From Callorhinchus milii (taxonomy: Eukaryota), in the NCBI RefSeq assembly GCF_018977255.1, contig NW_024704743.1, positions 58,096,001-58,160,000 of the forward strand: a DNA stretch of 64,000 bases. Reading direction: 5' to 3'. The translations under genes and the position numbers were made by a program. The notes below the pieces were generated by a model. The model saw only the letters and a program-made list of their open reading frames with translations, was not told the DNA's origin and ran no database searches. Shown here one piece after another: positions 24,103-37,162 of the stretch (position 1 is its first letter; the number at the start of each line of letters is the position of its first letter).

Positions 24103-25671
24103 TAATCTTTGCTGTGTCTACTTTTAGTCTTTGTTGTGCTGATTCTGGTGGCATAGTCTCCCAACTCTTTCACACTTTCCATGTTGCAAGTTTCCTTAGT
24201 GGACTTGTAAGGTGGCAACACTGTTGATGGCTCTGTTGCAGAGAACAAAAGAGTAAGCAAATTCTCTTGCCCTTTTAGGATGTCTAATCATCTCAAACCA
24301 TCTCAAACTAAAGTGTATTGTGTAGAAGCTATTTTTGTCGAGAAAACACAGCAGCCACTTGCACCATTAAGGTCTCCCAAATGTTCATGAGCATTATTTG
24401 TCAAGCAAATCTCCATTCTCTTTTGGAATAGTGTTAAGGAATTTTTAAAGTCCACCTGACTGCTGCAGTGTGAGGACCCCTTAAATCTACAACTGCCTGA
24501 GAAACCTGCAGACAGCTACCCTCCAAGTGATTCTGGCTTTATCCCCCGTTACGTCTGTGCCAGCTTCATTTCAATTTTTTGCTAGCTGCTTCTTCCACTT
24601 GAGATTTTTCCAATGTGTGTTCTTTGCCTGTAAGCAAGGATTGATGTGGTGGGTCATGTCTGGCCAGGATTCTGAGTTAGTCCCCATATCAGAATTGAGG
24701 CTGTCAAATGCTAAATAAATTTTACTTGTTGCTGAAGCCTACTACACTGGGCGTTAAATGCATTTAAGCTTTCATTTACCATTTTGGAAATTCAGCCATT
24801 GTCTGTAGTTGTTGATCTCAAAGCAGCCTGTTTCTAGCTGTGCATGGCTAATTTGAATTGATTATAATGGTATTTGCAGCCAATTTAAAACTCATGTCAG
24901 TAGCTGAATGCAACAATGCTTCGCTGCATTGGTTATCAACAGAAAAGACCATTTAAAATACAGCATAACACAAGTGGAAAATTACACTGAAGCAGAATAA
25001 TATCCTGTGTGTCACATGTATGGTAATACAAAGAAAATGAATAAAATTATAGCAATGTATAGCCATACCACAAGCGTGATGCATACTCCCATTAGAACTG
25101 TGCAATTAAAATATACAGGGGTAAAAATACTGTTCAGTGTTAAACATGATGCCTTTGGCAATACACGACAAAATGGAAAATCCCAATTAAGGCTGACCTC
25201 ACCAAGGGGATGTGCAAAATGCTTACTGGAAATTTCACTTCAAGCAGATTCATAAAACACACATTCTGGTTAATATGAGACTAATTTCTAAAGTAAGAAA
25301 TTAGTCTCATATTTCAACACGTGTCATTTCAGAAAGGGGGATAATTATCAAAAATGTATAACTTTTGCAACTTCTTGTACCCCTCTTACATTTCTAGGCA
25401 GATACAAGAAAATGCTTTTCATCTTCTAGTTTCTGATCTCACTGCATCACAACTGTTCTTGTCTTTCTCTATGTTAGCTGTACTGCTTTGGTCATTGTTT
25501 CTCAGAATCTATTGCTTTTAAACGCTAAGTGTGCCATGCAAAACATTCTCCATCCTCCCTGCACCTTCACTGTGTTGAAATCAAGATTTGCCCTGATCTA
25601 CCTTACTCATGGTTGTAGATACAAGTTCCATGTTGGGATTTTGAACTCACATATTTCAGACTGACACTCCA

Positions 25672-25858
25672 ACAACAACAACAACTTGTATTTATACAGC
25701 GCCCCTCATTCTGTCCCAGAGCGCTTGACAATAGCGTAGCATGACACTGAGCTGGGGGTAGGGGGAGTTGACCGTCGGCACGGTTGAAGAGGAAGGTTTT
25801 CAGGCGCAACCTGAAGATGGGGAAAGAAGGTGGAGGTGGAGGGATACAGGAAGAATAA
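25672..25858 (-). mobile_element. Short L2 3' end inserted in an old SINE (host about 25600-26020, + strand), TSD actcca
   Basis: (aac)n tail, cttgtatttatacagcgcc; actcca at 25666-25671 and 25859-25864. Confidence 0.88.
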
Positions 25859-28364
25859 ACTCCAGTGCAGTGCTGGAGGTTTGCTGCATTGTTGTAGGTT
25901 TTGTTCTTTGGATGAAAATTTAACAGAGGTCCCATCTACCTTTCCAGGTGTATGTTCTTGTATATTTTAAATATCCCATGGCATTTTTCGAAAAGAGAAG
26001 GTAATTTCACCTGGTGTCTGGCTATCAATCCAATTGTATTTGTTGAGCTGCTTGCAGACCCTAAATGAATTTGGGAATTGTTATCCTCGTGTGATTATGG
26101 TGTATTCTCCTTGCAGAATAAACAAACACTTGTCAATTGTTTGCTATTTATTCCAGTTGGCTTTATGTTTTCCTGATAAGTGTTATCGGTGCTTTAGATG
26201 AAGTGTTTGAACAAAATATCTCTGCGTTAATTATTTTAAATGCTCTCTGAAGATCATTTGTTTTTTATTCTTTGACTAAGGAGAATGAGACTGTGAATAA
26301 ATTACTCATCTGGCAGAAAAAGGTGGTCATCTGGCGCTGGTGTGTTGTCTACAGATAAATATTTATATATTGAAGCTATTACAAATGGACGTAAATTAGT
26401 TTTTTTCTGGCATGATTTGAATTAATTTGCAGTATTCAATCAGCAGCAATTTTGGTTAATGCTATTTTGTATTAATGTTATTACTGAGGGAGCAACTGTT
26501 TTTCTAGCTTTGAAACCTTTGTGGTTGAACCTTCATGTCTGCCATGATTTTTTTCTCTCTGCATTAGTGATTTACATCGATGAGTGTGCACCAACATCTG
26601 TTTATGGAAAGATCCCACAAAATACACAGTCACTACATTCTACACTGAAGAGGAAGGTTTTCAGGCGCAACCTGAAGATGGGGAAAGAAGGCGGAGGTGG
26701 AGGGATACAGGAATCCTGTGGAATACATTTAGACATTTTGATGACGTGATAAGGTGCTGTACCAAATGCAAGGATTATTAGTAACAAGATAGATGGATAA
26801 TCACGGGACTCCTACTTTCAGAAAAAAGTAGATCGGACATCAGATTCTATTCACATGACTTTCTAATAACTCCAACAGCAAAATAGATTATACAGAGGAA
26901 CCCAATCAACCCTTTTTGGTGGTCATGGTTGTCCAGTTCCTAAGCAGGGCCAATCTGCAGTACACCAGGGCACTGCTGATGACATACTAACCAGCCTGGC
27001 TCATCGGCAGGTGGTGGAGGAGCACATCAGTTACTGGGGCAATAATTGTTTCCACTCTGGTCCTGTCAACCCTGCAAGCCAAAGCCCGCATGGTTATGCT
27101 GGTCCTAGCTGGACAAGCAGGAGGAAGATTATTATTATTAATATTAATAATTCATATATTTGATATAGCGATCACGTGTTCGAGATGTCTCAAAGCGCTT
27201 CACAGAATATACTGTAAAGTGAATTGACTGTATATTTTGTGAGCGAATAAGTCAAATAATTATTCTTTGAGCATTCTGTTTATACAAAAAATGATAAACA
27301 CACACAAAAATAGTAAAATACATTTTTGCCACAAACTATTACAAACATGACCATCATTTGATACTAAGAAGGTAATGAATTATCTATCACTTTGTCCAGA
27401 ACTGAAAGTTACTAGATTGGAAATTTTCTCAGTAGGCTTTGAAGTATGAAATTCCCAATATTTCCCTCCTCCTTGCCTAAAATGGAATACACGGAATTGT
27501 GTCAAAGATTAATTTCTACAATTTGAAAGCAATGGAACAAATATTTTCAAGCACTTCATTTTGGTATCTTGTACAATTTAATACAAAACAATTTATATTT
27601 ATACAGTGGGAGGGTGTTTCAAAATGTATAACAATGTAAGATGACATTTGTGCTGGAAGTGAGTGGGTTGTGGAGGGGAAAGATATCTGAAAGTGCAGTA
27701 AAAAATGTATGTTTTGAGACGTGCCTTGAATGAGGGGAGGGAAGCAGTGAATTCACTTGTGTTTGCCTACCAAATGCAGTCATTCCACTTTACAGTTTAT
27801 CATTTGAACTGCTTTGTAATGTCCTACTGACATTAAAAGCGTTAAAATGCAAGGACTGCACAAACTTCAAATAAACCCTTCAATTCCCCAAACAACAACA
27901 GCAAAAATTATATTTATTTGCCATTTTTCAAATACGAAGGCTGTCCTAAGGTTATGGACAGTTAAAAGTTTGCACCCGAACTCGGGTATAATTTTATATT
28001 GTATCTGAACTTCAATTGTAAAGTTTGCCAATTATTTTACAAAAAAAAAGTGACGAAGCTAAATTTACATGACTTCTTATTGTCTATTTCAACTTCCATT
28101 CTGAGCCCAGGCATCTCAGGCTAATTTTATTTGTCATCTTCACTGCAGAGATTTTCATGCTGGGTGCTGAGATAGTGCAACTCGATCACTATTGAGGCAG
28201 GCGGAATATATGCTTGTCATTGTGTTATCTCATGTGTACATGCAATAGATTTTTACTTGCATAGATTTCAAGTAATATTTAATTCCATGTTTTTACTAAC
28301 CGTATCAAATAAATGTGATTGAAAGGTATACTCAGAGCAAGACTTCAGGATGCACCATGATAGC

Positions 28365-28602
28365 AGGACAAGGACACTGGTGTAGAGTTGAAAAGGAAAT
28401 TTCAGGACAGATACCAGGAAGTTTTTCATTACCCAAAGAGTAATTAACATTTGGATCAAGTTAGCAGAGAGGTGGCTGAGGCCAGGACACTGGACTCATT
28501 TAAAAAGCAGCTTGATGTTGTGATGGTTGGACTATAGAATGTTTATTCTGGAAGGTTGATATCAAATGGGCCGAAGGGTTTTCTTTATCCAAACTATTCT
28601 TA
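28365..28602 (+). mobile_element. CR1 LINE 3' end
   Basis: RKFFITQRVINIW...DSFKKQLDVVM peptide and 3' UTR aatgggccgaagggtttt. Confidence 0.8.
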
Positions 28603-28685
28603 TGAAATGATTTATTTTCCAGTTCATTTTGTATTCATTGCAGTAAAATGGTATAATTTCTAACCGTGGACTTTTGTTTAAATTA

Positions 28686-29007
28686 TAATAATAATAATAA
28701 TCCTTGCATTTGATATAGCGCTTTTCACGTCGGGAGGACGTCCCAAAGCGCTTCACAGAACACACTGTAAAGTGAATTGACTGTATATTTGTGGGCGAAC
28801 GCAGCAGCCAATTGCGCACAGCAATGTCCCACAAACAGTTGTAGATTGAAAATGACCAATTTATTATTGTTTTTGGTTTTGGAGGGATTATTATTAGGCT
28901 CTGTGTGGAGTAAGGAAACTTGCCCAAGGTTTCGCCCTCTGCCTGGAATTGAACTCAGGTCTTTCGCTTGCAAAGCGAGTGCTCTAACCACTGAGCTACC
29001 GGACTCT
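28686..29007 (-). mobile_element. Young full-length tRNA(Ala)-derived SINE
   Basis: Reverse complement nearly identical to 55799-56119. Confidence 0.94.
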
Positions 29008-32000
29008 TAGTGAACGTGAATGTGTTCAGGTGTAAAGGATTGAACTGGTAACATATAATTGCATTTTGAAGTGGTGGAATTAGATAATGTATTGGTAATA
29101 TTTATGCAGGGCAGGCGGTGCCTGAGTAGTGGGCAAGCATGTTTTATATGGATTAGGATTAAATACATTTAAGTGCGATGTCTGGATCAGGGATGATAAC
29201 CCTTTGCCCACTGAGAGATCTTAGCAGCTTTCAGAGCATACACAATTGTATCATATAATCAGACATAACATTGATTTCCTGTTAGTCTTTAATATAGGCC
29301 ATGATAACGTAGAGATAGACAAAACTACAGAAGCACCTTCTTTCACCGACTGCATATATATAAAAAATTGTAATCTTGTTACAGATTTCATTTTGGTCCT
29401 CGAATGCGACTACATTCTTCAAAGGGATAATGCAGGTAAATAGGAAGAGAAATCCTGGGATTAAATCAGAATTATGATGAGATTAGGTGGGTGTTTATCT
29501 GGAGTTAGTTGTTGCATTTTGAAAGGTCGCTGACCCTTCCAAGTTTTTCATGTACTTAACTCACTGAAGCTGGGATCAAGTGAAGTCAGGACATTAAAGA
29601 TTCTATTAAGATTGTATAGGTTAATCACGTTGCTACAGCATGGATCTGGTCGTTAGGGTGGGTACTCTGGTAGAATGAGATCAGATGGGTTGATGGTTAT
29701 CCGAACTAATCTAGTGATTTCTAATGATAGATGATACATATTTTGAATTATGTGTGTGTTTTTACTTTTCCAATGTGCTGTAATGGTTCAGTTGTTTGCA
29801 AAATTGATGGCTGCAAATGGGAGGCAGTGAGGTTATTCACACTGAATAATGCTATTGGGATTTCTATTGAAGTAGGCTTTTATCAGTGCATCCAATACCC
29901 AGTGAGCACAGCCTCCCTCCACCCGCCAGTACAGAATTGTCTATTATGTAGGATAAATTGGCATCCTCGCTATGTGGTTGGTATGGAAAATGAAAAAAGT
30001 TACGCTAGTTTTAAACTTTAGTATAAGTTGTTGATTAACTTATACTAAAGCTTAAAACTAGTGTAACTTCTTCCATTTATCAAAAAACAAACTTTTCTAT
30101 ATAGTTAGAAATATAGTTATGCTTTGAAATTAGAAGTCAAATCTATCCTTTTTAATCTTCCCCAATGTATATGGAAAAATCAGGCTAAGATAACATAAGT
30201 GTTTCCTGGTTTAAGCTTTGAGGGTCTCTGGATTTTCCTTTTTCAAAGCAATACTTTGAATCACATAGAACTGTAAAAGACCAATGCAGTCCACCAGCCC
30301 CAAACTAAAAAAAATTGCAACACTACTCTATTTTTTATTCTTCTCAAACAATTTTCTATGAAAAGTGGCTGTCGAATTCTCCCTTGAAATTGCTGACACA
30401 ATCTGTCTTCACCGATTCCCTGAGATGTCAGTTCCACAAATTCAACATTCTCTGCATCAAGCAATAGTTATGTAGTTACTGTGATGGACAACAACCAGGC
30501 CTCACTTGGATAAAATAAGGTCCAGTAAAACTACATGAGTAATGTGAATACTTATGGTTGAGTCTAATGAGTTAATTGAAGGCAGCAGCCTATTTAAGAT
30601 ACCTAGTCTCAGTACAGGGTAAATGGACCAAGGCTATAAACACTACAAACTCTGACAGTTGTTTTCCTGCGTCCCCTTGACATAGATTGGTTATAGAAAT
30701 TTTGACCATGTTAAATATATTATTAGGGTTCAGTTACTGTACCTTTTAGATTCTTGAACTTTTTAATAAGATCAGCGCTATACATGCAGAGACAGCAATT
30801 TTTTTTATTTTCTATTGAACTGGGGCTAGAGAAAGTTTCTCAAGTCAGATCAGGTTCTAATTCAATGGGCTTGTAAAAGATCAGAGTGAATGTTCCTTGA
30901 TTATTCAATTATTCCTAGTTAGCATCCCTAGTAGCTCGGTCAGATGAATGTTGGTCCTGGGTCAAAAGATTGTGGTTTTCAGTCCCAGTAGGTCAAACCA
31001 GCCATGTGTCCTTTCAAGATCGATAAAGTGAGTATCATGTCTAAAATTACCATCAGGAAGGAAGGACAAAGATACTCAAAGTCTCCCTTGGCTGAATTGA
31101 CTCCAAAAAGACGTAATTGGTGAAACCAGCTGTGCCTACACTAATACAAGCAGACCTGAAAGTGTAGTCATCATATTAATGACCTTGAGTTAGATATAGT
31201 TTTCTTGTCAGCTGGGTGTCTAACACATGTGGAAAGCCATCACCATGCTCAAGCATATCCAAACCAAGCTGAGAAGTCCATCTTTTCACATCAGAAAGAT
31301 AGCTGAAAACACTTCACAGGATATATTGTAAAGTGCAGTGATTATGTTTTGGAGGTGAATGCAGCAGCCCATTTGTGCACTGCAATGTCCCACAAACAGC
31401 CAATGAAGTGAAGGACCAATTTTATTTGGGGGAATGTTGATTAGGACACCTAAATAGGAAGACGGGACCTTGATTTAACATCTCATCTGAGGGATGGTAC
31501 CTCAAATAATGCAACACCTCCCCAGCAGTGCAATGGACTGTCAGCCATGACTATGTGTGTTCAAAGTCTTGACATGGAGCTGGAACAAACAACTTTCTGA
31601 GAGGTGTGAGTGCTACCGACTGAGACAGACGAACGTACAATATCTGAATGGCTTCCTTCTGTACTGTAAAATTCTATAATTCTAGCCATTGGGGCATGCT
31701 TCTGAAGTGAAAGCTGTTATGCGAATGTAATTTTGTATTGTGTTACAACACAGCAAACTGAAGCTCTAAATGAGCAGCGTTGTCGAAAATGGACAAGTGT
31801 CGTGTTGAATGTTTATTTTTAATTTTTGCTACTTGGAAAAAATGCTCAATGGAAGCTAATGCACTAGTAGCTCCACAACATTTACAAATATATCATAGAC
31901 TCACCACAAAGTGTCTAATCCTTGAGATTGATGAATGGAGTCCCAATTCCATAGACTTCAAATTCTCTTGAGGTTTAAGCTATTGAATATGTTGCATGTC

Positions 32001-35000
32001 TAAGTAGAAATCTTTAGTTTTGACCTGTGGGGTAAACAGCACCATTGATTTTCATTGTACATTTGCCTGCAGAAAATAATGTACTTCATTTAACGTGAAA
32101 TGAGATTCATCTCATCAGCTCATTTTTAAACAGTGCTTCCGTATCTATCAGTTAATTGTGTACATAACAACTTCTCTTTGTTTATGTATATTTTTAGTTA
32201 TTGCTGTCTCTGGTGTGATGTGGAGCTTTACCATCACTGTTCATAGTGCCCCCCAGTGGCCCATTCACAGTGGCTTTGAGTTGTTGTTTCCTTTCTCCGA
32301 TTTTAAAAAAACTGACACAACAGGGAGCTGTAACTTCTACTAAAACTGGGCACAAGGGCCCACTTGGCAAGGCTCACTTCCTATTGCAATGTGATATGCG
32401 CATTGTATCAGGTAAGCTGCAACCTCCTAGAACGATGCAAGAACTTTTGAGAACAAATTTAATTTAAAACTGCTGTAACTGAATAATATCAAGCCACTGC
32501 CACTTCGGTGGTTCTATTTATTACAAATTTGTCAGAGTCAGCTAATTTATTGTTCCACGTTAATATTAATTCTCTCATTGTGCTATTTCACAAAAATCCC
32601 ATTAGCACCAACTCTCCATATCTCATTGCATAGCGTTGTGTTACATTAAATCACATAATCCTACATTTTTATCATGTCTTGTCATATTGAAATGTCTCAA
32701 AAAGCTTCATAGGCAATTACTATCGATTGTAGTGATTGTTTTTGTAGGCAAACACAACAGTCACTGATCAATTTATCTGAAGGATTCTTGGCCGATACAC
32801 CTAGAGAAACGTCCTCTATTCGGATAGACCCACAGGATCTTTAACATCTATCTGAACAGGTAGATAGGACCTCAGTTTAACATACCATCTGAAAGACTTA
32901 GCACATTGCAGAACACTCTCAGTAGCAATTGAGCAAAAATGTGATAGTCGTTAATCCTAAAAACTAACAATTGGATAAATGTCTGTAGTTTGTGATTTTA
33001 TTGAAATATTCCAATTGGAAATAGTTGATATTGTCTGAATGAATTTAAGGATTGTTCAGTACTCTTATGTTGGGACTCTGAATGAATAATTAGTGAGTTA
33101 CCCAGCCTTTGCCATTGAAGTAAATGTTTTAATTACCTATTTGACTGGATTTGAAAATTATTCGCCAGCTAGTGCACTGGAAAGCAAATTATTTCCAGTG
33201 CCTCCAGGTAAACTGAGTTTGGTTACGAATTACTCCATGCATTTAGATTTCTATCAATTAGCAATATAAACTTGTGTGTTTGTTCAGCTAATGCTAACGA
33301 TGCTAATTATTTTAATTCCCCAAACTTTACTCAATAAGCAAAATAACGATTTTTGGGAATTGCTTGGATATGGGCTTGTGGTTATATATACTTTTGCTTC
33401 CTCTTTCAATTTACTTCTCTTTTTCCCGGTTTGGCTGAGTGATGCCATGATATGGTCCCATGGGATTCCTTCGCCCTTGAGTGAAATAACTGGGCGGTGG
33501 AATGGATGAACAGGGAAGGAAAGGATATGAGAGAAAAATGAGTGAGGTCAATGAAGGGCTAGGTAAGAAAAAGGAGATGAATGGGAGGCTGTGGAGGATG
33601 ACCTCTACAAAGGTAATGTGAATGTGTGACCCATTAGGGTGGGAAGATGCACAGAAAACAAAAGTAAATAAGCAGGCACTCATCAAATGTTGCTCATCAG
33701 AGGTGCAAAAAGGCAATGACTCACTATACAATACAATATACAATTGTAAAGTCCTTATCACATTGGGAGAATGTCTCAAAGTACTTTTGATTTACTGTAA
33801 AGTGTGTATGTTGTGGGCAAAAATAGCAACTAATTTGCACAAAGCCATGTCCCACAAGCAGCAATGAAAGAAATTTTATTTGGGGGATTGTTGGCCAGGA
33901 CACTGATAGAAATTCCCTTCTTTTTTTGAATTGTGCCATGGGATCTTTATTGTCAACCTGAATCAGAACCAAATGACAACAGGAATGTGTTGGAAGTTAA
34001 TAAACAAAAATCCACGAACATGGAAGGTAAAAAGTTCAAAGCAGAGAAAGGTCAATGGCATAGGAGTGTAGGTGGATTTGAGAATGAAAACTAAATCAAT
34101 TTAGAGGGTTGTAATTAGATGTGAAGAGGAATGCTTAATTAATCATCTATTGATTCAAAGTTGGGACTAAAGATGTAGATTTACTTCAGTACTTATTGGC
34201 TCTGCTCTCGGCTGTAAGGAAACTACAGTATTTATTTCCCTAGAAAATAAATGACATTAATTGGTCTAGATTGTAGTATCTTCTTCTGAATCTCTATTTC
34301 CATTTCTTTGTGTTCAGTTGTTCTCTCTCATGCTTCCTCCTCAAGCCCTTCACTCCCCAATTTGTCTTTCCCCCATTATCTTCTTCCCCACTCTTTGTTC
34401 TTTCCATTTCTTCCCAGTTATTTTCCCTCATGCACACTCACCAACACAAAGTCCATCACTAGATTGCAGATAATGTATAATTTGTGTCATGTCACAGTAT
34501 TATTTCTAGTGCAACATTAGATTTTGTGAACTTGTAAAAAAAAATCAGCATTGCTTTACAATTATGAAAACTATAGACTTGGACATTGAGGATTTTATAA
34601 GGAGGTAATTGGATTTGACAAAATGTATTTTAACATTGAAGTATATCTCACAGAGTTACTTTCAAGTGTAGTCAAATATGATAGATAATCTACACTAACA
34701 ATGTCCCACAAATATTACTGCGGTGAATGACCATCAATATTTTTTTATTTTGGGTCATTTATTGTTTTCTTTTGCAATAAATGAGGGAGGAATATTCCCC
34801 AGAATGCTTCCCTTCTCTTTTAAATAATTCTATAAAATTCTCAACATCCACCGGAACAGCAGCTGTGTGTGTGTCTGAGTAATGAAAGTTCTTTCTTACC
34901 TGGACCATCATATCCATTAGAGTATAGTAATTCTAAATGACACATCAATAGCATGCTTTCTAAGCACATTGAATGACATTAAAATATTCTGTAAGCATCA

Positions 35001-36632
35001 TCCAATTTGCATTTCTCAGTGCTTATTTTAATACAGATGTGCTCAAGTAATTCTACATGGGTTCAGTCCAGCTAAATCTCTGTTTCACCCACAAAATATA
35101 CAGTCAATTCACTTTACAGTATATTCTGTGAAGCGCTTTGAGTCGTCTCGAAGATGTGATAAAGCGCTGTATCAAATGCAAGGATTATTATTATAATTAC
35201 AAACTGCAGATCTCGAATGTCAGTAACATGAATCCTTGATAAGAATTACTATTCATTTTTCAAATACATTTATGATTTAATTGAATAAATGTGGATTGTA
35301 TAATTCATAGCAGAATATGTGGCTGAAATAAATTGATCGCTGTAAGTTTGACGCTATTGACTACAGAATAACATTGCATACATGTATATGAGAAAATAAA
35401 AGATAGTTGCCAAGTCTATAACACAAAGAAAATGGTTCCTGTGAGTAGAGGAAGCCGATGTTGTGAAAAGCTAAAATAAATTCACAAGTTAAAGCTTTAA
35501 TATGAAATATATACGCACTATTCTATTGGATCCCATTATCCCTGCAGATATGCAGCCTAAGTCTGCATTTGCACAGAACATTATTAATCTGCAGTCATAG
35601 GGATCTATAATGGGACTTCCCATTAAAAAGACTTAGTGAAAAAGATTGCTATTTTTATCAATGCATGTATAATACATCTCATAGTATAAGTGCAAGTGGA
35701 GGGTGAAAGGAGACAACAGAGACGTTTCATAACATTCAGATAACCTCATAAATCTCGACTGACTAGCTCACAATCTCTGGCTCTGAACTCTCTGTTACAG
35801 CCTTAAACACAGACCTTTACAATTTTCCTACTTTTGTCACTGAAGTCCTTATTTTCTGTTACAGTGCTGTATTTTCTTTCTGCTGATGCTGAATTTTGCA
35901 CACGCTTTTGTATCATGTCACAGGAAAGCTTTTTGTTTCTCATACAACGCTGGGCTGGTTTGCAAAATAAAATTTGTGCTCTATTGACACGGCAGGAAGA
36001 CAGAAATTTATTGAAATGGTAGTGTGTTTTGTGAGATTATAATACTCTTGTCTATATTATAATGATGCTGTCAATCAGGGATTGATCTGCATGACACTAA
36101 TCAAAACAGCTTAAGTTGCCCTGTTTCCATAACATGCTCGCAGCATACTGAGATTCAAAGCTATAATTTTCCATCAGTTTAACCCTAAATCTGCTACGAA
36201 AGCAAACCACTTGGATTTTGGGCGACATTGTTTTCACTGATCGGAGACAACCTTCAGTTGAAAACCTCACATTTGGCTGAAAAATAAAACGTTGATAATC
36301 CATTTGAATAGTCAGTGCAATCAATTATTTTGTATGATGATTGTTTGCTGGAACGAGTCACATTGCCTTTTTTTCAGCAAAATAAGAGAGGATCCTACCA
36401 AAAGCAGATTCACAAATGTAGCTACTTAACCGTCATAGCAACCTCTTTATCAAGAATGCTACATCATTTTCATTTGTACACCTTTAAAGTAATTAACTTA
36501 CAAAAACAACGATTAGCCTTAAATGTTCCAGTGTATTTCTGTTCCTAGCCCCAAACATGTGGAACTCCCTGCCTCTTCTCCTCTGTCTCGTTCCTTCTTT
36601 TTGCATCTTGCTTAAAATCTCTTTATCTCTGT

Positions 36633-36952
36633 GGAATCCTATAGCTCAGTGGTTAGAGCATTCGCTTTGCAAGCGAGTGACCTGAGTTCAATTTCAGGCA
36701 GGGTGAAACCTTAGGGAAGTTTCCTTACTCCACACACCTAATAATAATCCCTCCAAAACAAAAAAACAATAATAAATTGGTCATTTTCAATCCACGCCTG
36801 TTTGTGGGACATTGCTGTGCGCAATTGGCTGCTGCGTTCGCCCACAAATATACAGTCAATTCACTTTACAGTATATTCTATGAAGCGCTTTGGGACGTCT
36901 AGAGGACGTGAAAAGGGCTATATCAAATGCAAGGATTATTATTATTATTATT
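36633..36952 (+). mobile_element. Young SINE (duplicate of 5246-5563)
   Basis: Same element within the duplicated block. Confidence 0.92.
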
Positions 36953-37162
36953 TATAGTCATTTCCCGTTTCCCTTCCTCCCTCACTCTATGTTCAACCCC
37001 GTCCTTGTGAGGTATTCTGGGACATTATAAATAAATCATTCTTACATTTGATACAGTGCCTTTCACGATGAGTGATTGTCTCAAAACCCATCATAGGACT
37101 TTATTGTGAAGTGTTGTGACTGTGTTTTGTAGGCAAATGCAGCAGCCAATTTGCACACAATA

